DNA of 64,000 bases from the human T2T-CHM13v2.0 reference genome, Homo sapiens, in assembly GCF_009914755.1 (NCBI RefSeq), contig NC_060931.1; one strand, written 5' to 3'. The notes under the pieces are model-generated. The model was given only the letters and a program-made list of their open reading frames with translations. It was not told the DNA's origin and ran no database searches. Below are positions 40,295 to 64,000 of the stretch, piece by piece. Every line of letters begins with the position of its first letter. Within the stretch, counting starts at the first letter, position 1. Made by a program: the position numbers and the translations under genes.

Positions 40295-41540
40295 CCGCCT
40301 TCTCCTCTGTCCAGGAGGCCGGGATCAGGCTGTTGCCATGGAAGTTCAGGGCCATAGACTGCCCCACTTAAACTCTTGTCAGTCTGGGCTCAGGGTTCCC
40401 AGAGCTCATTCCCCAGGAATCTCTAAGACCAGGGCTGGGGCAGTGTCTGTCACTGGCTTGTTTGTTCCCTACCAATATTCTGTTGCTGTTTGAAGTAGTG
40501 CCAGGGTCCCCTGGGAAGATGCCCCCAAGACACCTGCCCCAAGTGGGTGGATATCTGCCTTCCTGCTGCAAGTGGAGGCAGGTCCAGCAGCCCCTCTTCA
40601 GAGCCCCTGTAAATGCTATCGCAGCCTGAGTCCTGCCGCCTTCCAGTTCCTTGGTGTCCCGTGCACCCCTTCTGTCTGTCCCCTTTCATGGCTGTGCAGC
40701 CGTCCCGCTGGAGTGGCCATGTCCCTTGTGCATTGAGTGCATCCCCGCTGGTGACTAAGCTCGCAGCAAGCGGCTACCCCCCGATCTGCAAAAGGGCCTC
40801 TCCCTTTGTGTTCTATACATTGTGAATCTTCCCGTCTGAAGAACGCCCAGCCTGCCCAGACAAAGCCCCGCCTTCCCCAAAGCAGAGGGGCTGTCTGTGT
40901 CTCCAGAAAGGGGACATCGGGGGGGAGGGGGGCTCAGAAAGGAGAAGGGCTGTGATCTCCAGTCCCTTCCCCCATCATCCTTCCTTAGACTGATGCTTTG
41001 ACTGAATCATCACTAGCTATGGCATTAAAAGGCCTCTCTTCTCATCTGGTGCCAAAGGTTCCGTTGCAGCTTTTTACAACCATCCGGTATGGTTTGGAGG
41101 ATTTGTTTTTTTTTTTTCCCAACAGAAAAGAACAGCCATTAGAAGAAGGCTCCCATTTTCTGATGTTCCGCCCCACTGTGAAGAGTGTGCTCGTTTTAAA
41201 TTCATGTTGATTCTTGTAAGCACTGGACTGTCTTCATCAAGTATTTCCCTACAGAACTCCTCAAGAAAACAGAGATCATTTGGCTAGAGATTGTCTGAGT
41301 GACTCCAAGCTACTCACTGTATTGGACGGGAGTAGTAATTTATTTTAAAGATAAAGTGACTAAGTGGGGAAATTTATAAAGCTAAATATTATATATTTTA
41401 TTTTTCATACATGTTTGAAGTGCAAATCTGTGGATATTCCATTTGTAGGACCAAGTCGACATGCCCATCCTGACATTGTATGCTACGAGAACTCTTCTGA
41501 TGATGGAATTTCGATTAAAGTGCACTGAAAGATGCTTCTG
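40295..41540 (+). other. NPTX2: NPTX2 3' UTR (about 1.25 kb; end approximate)
   Basis: Repeat-free sequence after the stop, with an AU-rich distal part (41335-41410), ending after ATTAAA at 41514. Confidence 0.8.
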
Positions 41541-41560
41541 TGTTTGTCTTCCTCATGTTC
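41514..41560 (+). terminator. Polyadenylation signal ATTAAA with downstream GU/U-rich element
   Basis: ATTAAA at 41514-41519, upstream TGTA motifs (41444, 41477) and downstream ttctgtgtttgtcttcc. Confidence 0.8.
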
Positions 41561-42209
41561 TGGGGCTGAAGGTGGGAAGGGGTAGGGCTTTGCAACTTCT
41601 GGCAGAAGGATGATGTCTCTGGTTTGCCGCAGCCTGCTTCTGGTGGGTTTGGGGGCGCTGAGGATGGTTAGAGGAGGGTGTGGTCCAGCTGTCCATCCTT
41701 CCTATTTCAATGCCTGGCTCAGGCTGTGGGTGCCTGGCAGGCTCTGCCCAGGCTCCTTGTCCCCAGCTCACCCCTGTCTTCTCAACCAGGAGAGCCAGCT
41801 TAGCTAGAAGACCTGCGGCCGCCTTCCAGGTGTGGTACCTGCTTAGCGTCTACTCTGTGTAGGTGTTCTTTAGACATCTCATTGAATCCTCCCTGAATGA
41901 GCTAATCCCATTTTACAGGTGAATACACAACAATTAAAGCTATTTTGGGATCATGCAGCCGATAGAGGATAGAGCTGGGCTCAAAGCCGTCCTGTGGCTC
42001 TGAGGGCTCTGTCCCTTCCACTGCTCACTCCAAGGGGCCCAGTGCCATTGTGTCCTCCCAGATCCGCCTCTCTGTGCTCACCTGGCCCTGGCTGGTGCGT
42101 TGATGGTCTCACAAGCATTAGATCCCCCCCACCGCCCACCACCACCACCTCTTTCCACTTTTGTCGTTTTACTCTGTCTTGGTAGCTGCAGAATGTAACT
42201 TAGTTTGTC

Positions 42210-42291
42210 CCTTTTCCAAGTAGCAATGTCAATTTCTATTATAATTGCGGCCTTTTCCAAGTAGCAATGTCAATTTCTATTATAATTGCGG
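42210..42291. repeat. Perfect 41-bp tandem duplication
   Basis: ccttttccaagtagcaatgtcaatttctattataattgcgg occurs twice (42210-42250 and 42251-42291). Confidence 0.97.
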
Positions 42292-42794
42292 AGCAGAGCC
42301 TAATCTTGGAGCCAACTGACAACTTATGCCAGATGTACTTGATACCAAGGCTGAAATGGAAGCCATAACCTCTAAAACCAAGACCGGCAGGTCACAGAGG
42401 TTCCTGGAGTCCATTTTTGATGTTGTGAAGTATAACTTGGCAAGAACTAAATACCACTGGTGTTGGGTAGAACATGAAATGAGGCCAGATATCCTGCTCA
42501 GGGACCTTTGAAACTCAAAAGTGCTGAGACCAGGCGGAGAGCAGTTTGTTTTGAATCTCCTTCATGCTGGAAACACCAGCTACTCAGATCTCCCCCTGAA
42601 AGGTGCTGAGGGGTTTCCTCACTTCATATGCATGCCAGGTGCTGAGCCAGCCCAACTTTTTTCCCAGGCACTGCCTCCCACAAGAGCATCGCTTTGCATC
42701 AGGGCTTTGGAAACGCTGCTGAGCCAGATAACTTCCTCCCTGCAACTGGAAGAGCTTTGAGCCCACAACATGGGATCAAACTGCTCCTTGCTGA

Positions 42795-43280
<486 letters not shown>

Positions 43281-43599
43281 CAAGACTTATTTTTTGTACA
43301 AGGCTGGAAAGATACTGATAGCAAACTGGGTTCTCCAAGAAGGGTGGGGTAGAGATTGTCCTGGATGATGGAATATTCAGGTTGCTTAAGGGTTGTCATG
43401 GAAACGGTAGCCAAATGATCAATGATTAATGAATTGAAAAGTAATAAAATGCAGCTAAATCAAAGGCAGGCTGGGACCAGGTCTCCACCAATAGGAAAGG
43501 CAGACCAAGATCCTGCCCAGCCTCTGGGGGCTTTGACATCAGCTCTCCTTATACAGAAGCTCTCAGAAAGAAAAGATGACTTCCTTTTGAGCACAGATG

Positions 43600-44310
43600 T
43601 TATCATTTATTCTGTCAACAAATATCTGGCGCACCTACTTTGTGTCAGCAACTATTCCAGGCACTCGAGATGTAATGGTGAGCAACATAGCAAAGTTCTC
43701 CTTTTAAATGGAGATTAATTTCAGTGGGAAGTGTAGATAGAAGGCAAATATATAAACAAGAAAAATGCTGGTGATGTGTTAGGGAGTCACTGGGGAACTA
43801 CTTTCTGGGGTCACCTTTAAGCTGGGACCTAAATGAAGAGAGGGAACCAATCTTGGGTGGAACCTCACAGACAGAGGGAACAGGAAGTGTGAAGGCCCTA
43901 AGGTAGAGCTGAGCTTGGATGTTCAAGAGAAGAAATAGCCAGGTTGGCTGCATTCACAGGAGAGGAGAGGAGTGGATGGGATGAAGAGATTGTAGGATCA
44001 GATGACAAAGAGCCTGTGTTGAGATCTCAATGAAATGGGAAGCCTGGAGGTTTTAAGGAGAGGAGTGTGATAATGTGATTAATATTGTAAGCCCACTACT
44101 CTTCCTGGTGGATGGAGAATAAACTGTAGAGCATTGTAAAGGGAAATAGAGAAGACTCGTGAGGAGGTTACTGTACTAGTCCAGGTAAGAGGTCATGATG
44201 GCTTGGACTAGGGAAGTAGCAGAGGAGACAGAAAAAAAGTGGAAGAATTTAGGATATACTTAGAAGTAGTCATCCTGACTTGTTGATATTTGGAATTTGG
44301 GGAGAGAAAT
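43600..44310 (+). mobile_element. L2 fragment
   Basis: aacaaatatctggcgcacctactttgtgtcag...ggaagtgtgaaggccctaagg...ggcttggactagggaagtagcag. Confidence 0.65.
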
Positions 44311-44324
44311 AAAATACAATTTTT

Positions 44325-48100
<3,776 letters not shown>

Positions 48101-48304
48101 CTCACGTAATGAGGATTTCTGAATAGAGCAGGTGGGTCCCAGGAAGGTCCAAAAATGGCTTGAGAGAGCAGGAAAAGAAGTCTGGTTTGGGTTTCTTATG
48201 GTAGTTAGGGGACAGGGCCAGAGTGGTGTGAATATGCTGAAAGCCACTGAATTAAACATTTTAAAAGTAAGGTGAATTTGATGGTGTGTAAATTATATCT
48301 CAGG

Positions 48305-49110
48305 TTTTGTTGTTGTTGTTTGTTTTTAAAGACAGACTCTCATTCTGATACCCAGGCTGTAGTGCAGGGATGTGATCAAAGCTCACTGCAGCCTTGAACT
48401 CCTGGGCTCAAGGGATCCTTCCACCTCAACCTCCTGAGTAGCTGGGACTACACATGTGCACCACCACTCCTGGCTAAGTTTTAAAATTTTTTGTAGAGAC
48501 AGGTCTCTGCCCTGTTGTCCAGGCTGGTCTCGAACTTCTGACCTCAAATTATCTTCCTGCCTGGGCCTCCCAAAGCACTAGGATTACAGGCATGGGCCAC
48601 TGGACACAGTCTCATTTTTTAAAACAAGGTTTTGGACCAGGTGGGTAGATGCCATTTACTGATGGGGAGTTGGAGTGGGGGCAAAAAGCAGGTTTTGGGA
48701 TGGGGGAAAATAAAGAGTTCTTTTTTGGACTTAAGTGTGAGAACGTATTTTAGTGTAACTGTCAAGTGGGTAATTGGATTTGGGAAGAGGTCAGGGCTGG
48801 AGATAAAAAATGGGTTATGCTGGGCATAGTGACTCACATCTATAATCCTAGTGCTTTGGGAGGTCAAGGCAGGAGAATCTCTTGAGGCCAGGAGTTCAAG
48901 ACCAACCTGGGCAACATTTCAAGACCCTGTCTCTACAAAAATACAAAAATTAGCTAGGCATGGTGATGCGTGCCTGTAGTCCAGCTACTCAGGAGGCTGA
49001 GGCGGGAGGATCACTTGACCCAGGGGGTCAAGGCTGCAGTGAGCTGTGATTACACCACTGCACTCCAGCCTGGATAACAGAGCAAGACTCTGTGTCTAAA
49101 ACGAATAAAA
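48305..49110. mobile_element. Antisense AluJ (about 48305-48610) and sense AluJ (about 48818-49110)
   Basis: Alu consensus matches. Confidence 0.9.
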
Positions 49111-52100
49111 GATAAATTTTTGAAAATTGGATTAAAAACATAGTCCTTGCTTCTAGGTACTCCCAGCCTCACTACTGTTTGAAAGTAAATGTACAGAAAC
49201 AGATATGTTCATCCTTACTTAGACCATTGACTCCTCACTGGTAGGAAGCATATTCATGCATAAGCCAATTTAACTCAACATGCATTATCCTACTGTGTGT
49301 AGTGTCTACATGAATGAGACATGGTCTTCACTTCACAGTCTAGTATGAGAGACAGAATGGAGCCAATTAAGCAAATTGCTATATCAGAAAGCCTTCACCT
49401 GGCTAAGGCTGAGGGAGGGGCAGTTTCCATAGTGACTTCTTTAATCATCCATAGCTCTACCTTCAGCTACACACCGAACCAGTCAAGAAGAGTTGTTGAC
49501 CTCAGCCTTGGTGGCTCACAGAGCAGCTGGATGACTCTGTAAGGGGTTGGTATTGAGCAGTCACACAGAAGCAATTTGATTGTTCCTGGGAATTTCAACA
49601 TGGTAAGAAGCTTGTCAAGGCTGGGATTGTGCAGGTTGGGTTATATGACTTTGGCCTTGACGAACGGCGAGCTTCCCATTGTTTTCTCAAAGAAGCACAA
49701 AACAAATTTACCAAGTTGTTTTACTTTTCTCTACAAAGCGATTCTGCTCTCTGTAGTTGTCAGTGCAAATATTCACAGGCACATTTTAAAACCCTGTTCA
49801 AGCAGAGATAAATCACAGAAGACTACAGCTGGGGGGCGGGATGACATTTCCTTGTCACTCATCATCATACACAAGCGATCATGCCCTTCGGGAATAATAT
49901 GGTCAACCCTGGCTTTCTGTGCTTAAGAGGGCAGCATAGATCATGGAGAGTCTGTGTCTCAGCTGAAGACTCAGATCTTGCAAGAAATATCACACCTATT
50001 TATCATCTTTAAAGTATAGTTTATTACGAGACATCATAGATACAATAGACCAAGTATATGCATATGCACAGTAGAAAGAATAATCATAAATGAATATTTG
50101 TGTACCAATGACTCAGTTTAAGAAATATTTAGTTAATGCCTATTTTATACCAGGTACTTTGCTGGGAACTTTGTTGAAATCAATGAACAAAAAAGAAAAA
50201 GACTCCTCACCTTGTGGATCTAACATTCTGGAGGAAGGAGAATGATGATAAATACTAGACAGATGAGTAAGTAAATTATATAATTTGTTAGAAGATGACA
50301 AGTGCTCCGGGAAAGGGGGAATGGAAATGTGGTTGTCGGGGGTTCACAATTTAAGGTAGGGCAATGGAGGAGGCCTCTTTGAGAAGATGACATTTGATCC
50401 AAGACTTGACGGAGATGAGAGAATTGGCCACGCATATCATTGCTTGATCAAACTCTATGAGTTCTTCTGTGACTTGCTTTTTTTTTCTTGATATTATGTT
50501 TTTGAGATTTCTCCAGGCTGATAATTTTCACTGCTATCTAGTCTTTCCTGACGGCATATATTATGGTTCTCTATCCATTCTCCTACTCAGGGACTGTTGG
50601 ATGGTGCGTATCTACTAATGCAGTGTGCAAGAATTTTCTCTAGGGCCAGTGCCTAGGAGTGCAATGGCTGGGTTGAAATCTGACACACTCTGCCTTTTAG
50701 TTGGGGAATTTAGACCATTTACATTTATTGTGGCTATTGATTACTGGTTTTGGGCAAATCAATAATGATGTCTTTGTCAAGATGTGTGTTGGCCTTTGAT
50801 CAAGGCTTGGGTCAGGGTTACAGCTGGATGGGGCAGAGATAGGCTGAGAGAGTTCCTCTCTCAGGTGGTAGGTGGCTGAGGTCAGCTGGCTGGTGGGGGC
50901 TGAGGCCCCAGCCAGCAGGCAAGGAAGGTCTGGCTGAGGCCACACAGCCCTACCAGGGAGGAGGCCTGCCAGCTGCCACCTGCCCCAGGGACCTGATAGA
51001 GGCTTCCAGGAGGCTTATCCCAGCAAGTGTTCAGTGGCTTCCAGTCTGGGGATAAGTCCTCGACTGAGTGTGGTCTGTCTGCCATCTTTCACTCCACATC
51101 TGCACATCTGTCCAGGGACAGTGGAATGACTGAGCAAGCTGTCTGCCCCAAAGGGTGATGGGCTCGAGTGGAGGAACTCTCTGATGTCCTTCCTCAGGGT
51201 GCATGCTCTATAGGCCCCGGATCTCCTGCCTGTTCTGAGATGGCCTTGTGTGGTAGGGAGGTCCCAGGAGATGGCCATGCCTAGCATCTTCTCCTTAGGC
51301 AAGCAACCCTGAAGTGCAGGACCAGCTCAATTGCTGCAGACAGTGTTCATTTTCCCCAGGGCAGCCCTTCAGCTGGTCCCCAAGCTGCTCGTTAGAAGCA
51401 GGGGCCTCTAGTAGAGCTGAGGAATCCAGATGTGGCATAGATGAGGAGGGCATCCCACCCCTAGTGGGCTCTCGGTTTAATTCTGCAGTGGAAAGGGCCA
51501 CTTTGTTGCAGGTCTCTTTATGGCATGGATGTGGAGGGTAAATTTGAAGCCTCACCAAACAGCTTCCTGCTCCTGGAGCCTGGACCATTCCTTGGGGACC
51601 TCCAAGAAGAGTCTGTGCCTGGGGACTGCTCCTCACAGCCCTACCTCCCGTTCTATTTTAGGTATGTCCAGTGCAAAAACAGGGAAATGAAAAAAATAAA
51701 TGTATATGAGCTTTCAGCTGAGAAGAGGCAGGTGGAGATGCCTCCCAGGAGACTTTCAGGCCAGAGTCTCGAGAATATTCAGACTCACTCCCAGCTGGGG
51801 GGAATGTGGAGCATGGACACCACCCCCGTTTAGAGGTGAGGATCCAAGGCCCCAGACTTCTGAAAAAAACGGATGCTCCATCCTGGATCTCTCTGTAGTA
51901 TTTCTGCATGCTAGCTCTGCACACCTCATTCTCTTAATAATAGGATGTAGTCTATTTTTTACCCCTGAGATGTAATTTAAATATAAATGCAGCATTTGGC
52001 CTATGTATACATCAAAGTCTGTATGTGGACCAGTTAACCTGCAAACCTGTGGTGATAGGGACCGCCCCACTGGGAGAACCCAGGGTCCCTTCCTGGCAGC

Positions 52101-52272
52101 TTAGGCCTACGGGGTTCTATTTCCGTCTTCTCTCTGCGGAAACTTGCTCAGCAGACACTGTCCATGCACATGGCTCACCCAGGGCCCTGACCCAGATAGT
52201 AGCTAAGCCCTGAGCACATCCGCAGGGAAGCCTGGCTCAGCCATCCATCACAACCACACAGCTGGTGACAGC

Positions 52273-52286
52273 CGAGCAGGGGGCGC
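52273..52286 (+). promoter_or_regulatory. CTCF-like motif
   Basis: CGAGCAGGGGGCGC, one mismatch from CCAGCAGGGGGCGC; motif match only. Confidence 0.5.
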
Positions 52287-52523
52287 CCTCATGGCCTGAG
52301 AAGGCAGCAGGATGAGGTAGCTAAGTTCTGGGTCTCGTTGCCCTTGCTGTGTGGCCCAGGGCAAGCCACTTTCCCTCTCTGGGCTATCTGGAATGTGGCC
52401 TGGAGCTCACGACATCACTCTGTCCTGGAAGCCAGTGATGGGATCTTTACAACAATCCTTCAACAGGATGCTCTAGATGGTGACGGCTGGAATTCATTTC
52501 AGTTTTTAAATTTTTATTTATTT

Positions 52524-52953
<430 letters not shown>

Positions 52954-54086
52954 TGGAATTCACTTTAGCCACACACCTCTGAAAACACAGGCCAGTTTGC
53001 TATTCCCCTTTCGCAGATGAGGAAACTGAGGCTCTGGTAAAAGAAAGGACTTGTCTAAGTTCACATGAATAATTAGGTCAAGGGAGGCCCACCTGAGGTC
53101 TGGTCCTGGACATGATGTCCTGGGGACATATTTTATGCAGAGACCTGGGGGAAACAGTGCTTAAGACGGGGCATGGGACCTCCCAACACCCCCACAGACA
53201 AACTCTCCACCCAGGCACAGGATAGTAGAAAAGTTGTTACTGGAGGCATCTGAGTGCCCCCTGGGAACCTAGGGATAGCCCCCCAGCCATCTGCAGGTGC
53301 CCAGGGGTGAGCCATGCTCCTGCTTCCCTCGCTGTCTCCCTCCCTCCCTGCTCTTTCTCTTTCAGCAAATATTTGTTGTTGCTGTTGTGAGCCGCTGCCA
53401 TGGTTACAGGCATCCCCAGAGCTGAGGGTCCAAGTTGGACTTGAAACCTCTTTAAAAGTCAAGACCACAGGAAACAGCTGCTTCTTAAAACCCCGGTCCT
53501 GCAGGTGACCACATCTCATCACCCCAGGCTGTAGGCTCTGTGCCAGCTGAGGGTTTGGGGAAGTGGAAGGGGAATCTTCAGGTTTTCACCAGGCCCAGCA
53601 GCCCTGGAGTTGGGGGACAGCCTGAGACCACAAAGACCAGCCTTGGGCAGACACCTCAGCATTCCTCCCTGCCCTGAAGAGGTGCCACTCCTGCACAGCA
53701 GGGCACCAGCCTCCAATAAACCCAGGTGACTGAATTCCCGCAGGGCGCCCCTCCTCACCAGCTGTGCGACCCTGAGTGAGTCGTGGTGGTCTGACGTGTT
53801 TGCTCATCTGTGAAATCAGGGCGATGAACCCTTGTGGGCTTATTTTGAGGAGTTAAGCCTTCCAAGCTTAGGTCACGCTTGCTGAGTAGGGCGGTATGGT
53901 TGCCGACGGATGGAAAGCCCAGAGGTCTGATGTGGCACCAGCTCCAACAGATGCAAACCCTCAAGTTTGCATTTCTCTGCACAACTTCCTCTTTGGGTGA
54001 TTGTGAGCTGCTGTTTTCTGCTTGGACCAGGGAGAACAATAGTCTTACACAGCAGAGACTTCTCCTGAGGACTGAAGGAGCTGACT

Positions 54087-55190
<1,104 letters not shown>

Positions 55191-56019
55191 TCTCTGGCCC
55201 CCAGTTCCTGCTGTGAGTTTGGCTATCATGGCAAGGAAGGGACTCCCCCAGGGCCCAGCATGCAGCATATACTCAGCGTATGGGAGATGACACAGTTATT
55301 CTACAGTACACAACCCCAGAACCTAGAATGCCTCAGGGTTGGAGAAGGAAATGCAGGAAAGAGACCAGACCCAGAAGTGGGACCGCAGGCCCCAATGGAG
55401 GCACATTTCCTGGACCAGGCAAAGAGACCTGGTGCCCAGCCCTGCTGTGCCAGGTGGAGAAGGGGCAGGAGGAGGACCCCAGTGAGGATACAAGCTTGCA
55501 GGAGCCAGGTCACCAGCTCAGAGCCAGGGCAGCCCAGGTCAGTCAATGGCCAGGAATCCAGCTGAACCCTGCACCCTGCCTGTCCCTGCCCCACAGATCA
55601 GGGAGGCATCTGGAGTGGGTGGAGTGGGCCCCCTGGGTGCTCTTGTCCTTGGAGTTCCCCTCTGAAGCTGCCATCACCCTGCGATAATCCAGTCCTGCGT
55701 GCTCTGCTCACACGCCCTATGGGGTTTCCTGAGCTATCTGCTGCGCCTTACCGAGTGACTCCTTACTCACCTGGGTTCCCACTGCTTCATTCACCTGCTT
55801 TGGAGCGAAGCACTTGGAAGGTGCAAAGAGCCTAGAATGAGATTCTCTCCACGCACCGACTCCCTCCTTCCTGCCACCCAGGAAAATGCTCAAGGGACAC
55901 AGCCTCAGAGGGGCCTTCCCAGACCTCTTCCTCTCCTGTGCCCCATCCTTCCCTCCCTCTTACGGCACCTGCTTTATGATCTCTAGAGCACGATGACTTC
56001 CCATCGTCATCTGGTGTGT

Positions 56020-59020
<3,001 letters not shown>

Positions 59021-59818
59021 CAGCCTGGTCCTTGTTGAAGGCCCTGAGCCGACCCCATGGGAGCATCGGGCGTTCTGTCTTTTGCACCATGAAGCACACT
59101 GGCTAAGATCCAGCTATCTAAGTGCAGCTCAGAACAACCTGCCTACAGGTTTCCAGGCCATTCCCTGGGGACTCTGACTCAGGGAATCTGTGAGGGCCCA
59201 GGATTCTGCTTTGTTTATGAACTCCAAGATGATTCTGATGCTGATTCACTGCAGCTTTGAACTCCCAGACTCAAGAGATCCTCCCACCTCAGCCTCCCAA
59301 ATAGCTGAAACCACAGGCTATGGGGATGACAGCAGATGCTGCTTGGTGAAATACCAAGGCTGCATGGCAACGTGCACTCTTGGAGAGGTTGTCTGCTATG
59401 GGACTGAGAGCAGGTGCCCCAGATTGAGGCAGCTTGGGTCAGACCCCACTCTGTCCCTTCCAGCTGTGTCTCCTTGGGCAATTCAGCGATGAACTCCGGC
59501 TCAGTTTACTCATCATACACGGCCTGCAGGATGGATCCGTGCACCTTCCATTCTCAACCCAGCAACCGGGCAATCTCTAAAGCCCAGATTCAGCCTCCTT
59601 CTCCCTATTGGAGGGTGTCCTTGTTTCCACAGTAAGCTCCAGGACCCGCAGTAGGTAGACAATGCTCTATCTGCTCTGGTCTCAGTTTTTGTTCCAGTTA
59701 AAGACCAATTTCTTGGTTCCAAAGGCAGCCAAGAGCTATTCTTTGTCTCTTAAATAAGTGGGGCTTCCCATGGGGAATACAGTGCCAGGTACAAGGAAAT
59801 AAGAGAGGAGGGATTCTA

Positions 59819-62350
<2,532 letters not shown>

Positions 62351-62671
62351 ATTCTGCAGCTCTTCCAAACAATCAGTAGATCTGCCTGTACTGACATGGG
62401 AAGATGTCCAAGACACTCGGTAGTAAAATAAAAACAAGCTTCAGGACAATATACATATAATCCTTTTTAAGTAAAAATCACATCTGTGTTATCTGTGTCA
62501 GCTCAGGTCCTCCGAGAAACAGGCTGCAATGTGGAATTACATGGGATTCGATGCGCAAGACATTTATTGCAGAAAATGCCTGCAAGGAAAAATGGCGGGG
62601 TGGAGGGGTGCTGAGGAAGCTGGGGGTATGGACAGTCCCTATGGAGGAGTGAGAGGAAGGATGGTTGGGTC

Positions 62672-63132
62672 ATAAAGTGGGCTGGATATTGTCCCTCCAA
62701 AAAGATGTATCCAAATCCTAATCCCTGGTACCCATGCATATGACTTTATTTGGAAATAGGTTATTTGCAGATGCAATTAAATTAAGAATCTCAAGATGGG
62801 ATCATCCTGGATTTGGGGTGGACCCTAAGGTCGATGACTGGTGTCCTTATAAGAGGAAGGAGAGGGAGATTTAAGACACACAGACACAAAGGGGCAAAGC
62901 CATATGAAGATGGAGGTGGAGGAGCCAAGAAACTCCAAGAATGGAGGACAGCTGCCAGAGGCTGGAGATAGGCACAGAACAGATTTTCCCTGAAAGCCTC
63001 CAGAGGGAACCAATCCCGCCCACAACTTGATTTCAGATTTCTGGCCTCCTAACTGTGGGATGATACATTTCTGTTGTTTGAAGCCACTCAGTTTGTGGTC
63101 ATGTGTTTCAGCACCTATAAGAAACTAATACA
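62672..63132 (+). mobile_element. MLT1B/C-like MaLR LTR nested in an older MLT1-like element
   Basis: atgactttatttggaaataggttatttgcagatgcaattaa...gaagccactcagtttgtggt...gaaactaataca. Confidence 0.8.
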
Positions 63133-63148
63133 AGTAGGAGAAATCTTA

Positions 63149-64000
<852 letters not shown>

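Noticed and set aside
42210-42291. Direct repeats as a CRISPR-like array
   Set aside because: Two abutting copies with no spacers, in primate DNA with no cas genes.

Overview
Primate (human-like) genomic DNA, very rich in Alu, L1, L2, MIR, MER5 and LTR repeats, containing one complete protein-coding gene on the + strand: NPTX2 (neuronal pentraxin 2 / NARP; human 7q22.1 from prior knowledge). Five coding exons (29134-29559, 31316-31532, 36595-36839, 38830-39009, 40067-40294) join by GT-AG introns into 1296 nt = 431 aa: signal peptide, coiled coils and a C-terminal pentraxin domain. The promoter lies in a CpG island with EGR1, GC-box, half-CRE, CCAAT and TATA-like motifs, and the 3' UTR ends near an ATTAAA at 41514. 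I see no second gene and no wholly new multi-gene system. The best leads are regulatory and isoform hypotheses read from the sequence. (1) A near-canonical REST/RE1 site about 3.5 kb upstream, next to an AP-1/NPAS4-type/NEUROD motif cluster. (2) An intron-2 read-through stop followed 6 nt later by AATAAA, which could give a pentraxin-less isoform. (3) An inverted Alu pair bracketing frameshifting exon 3. (4) An open in-frame 5' leader that could give a non-AUG N-terminal extension, plus a 3-codon uORF. (5) In-frame alternative splice sites at exons 2 and 4. (6) A cluster of miRNA seed matches between two candidate poly(A) signals. Repeat coordinates and subfamily names are approximate, made by eye.
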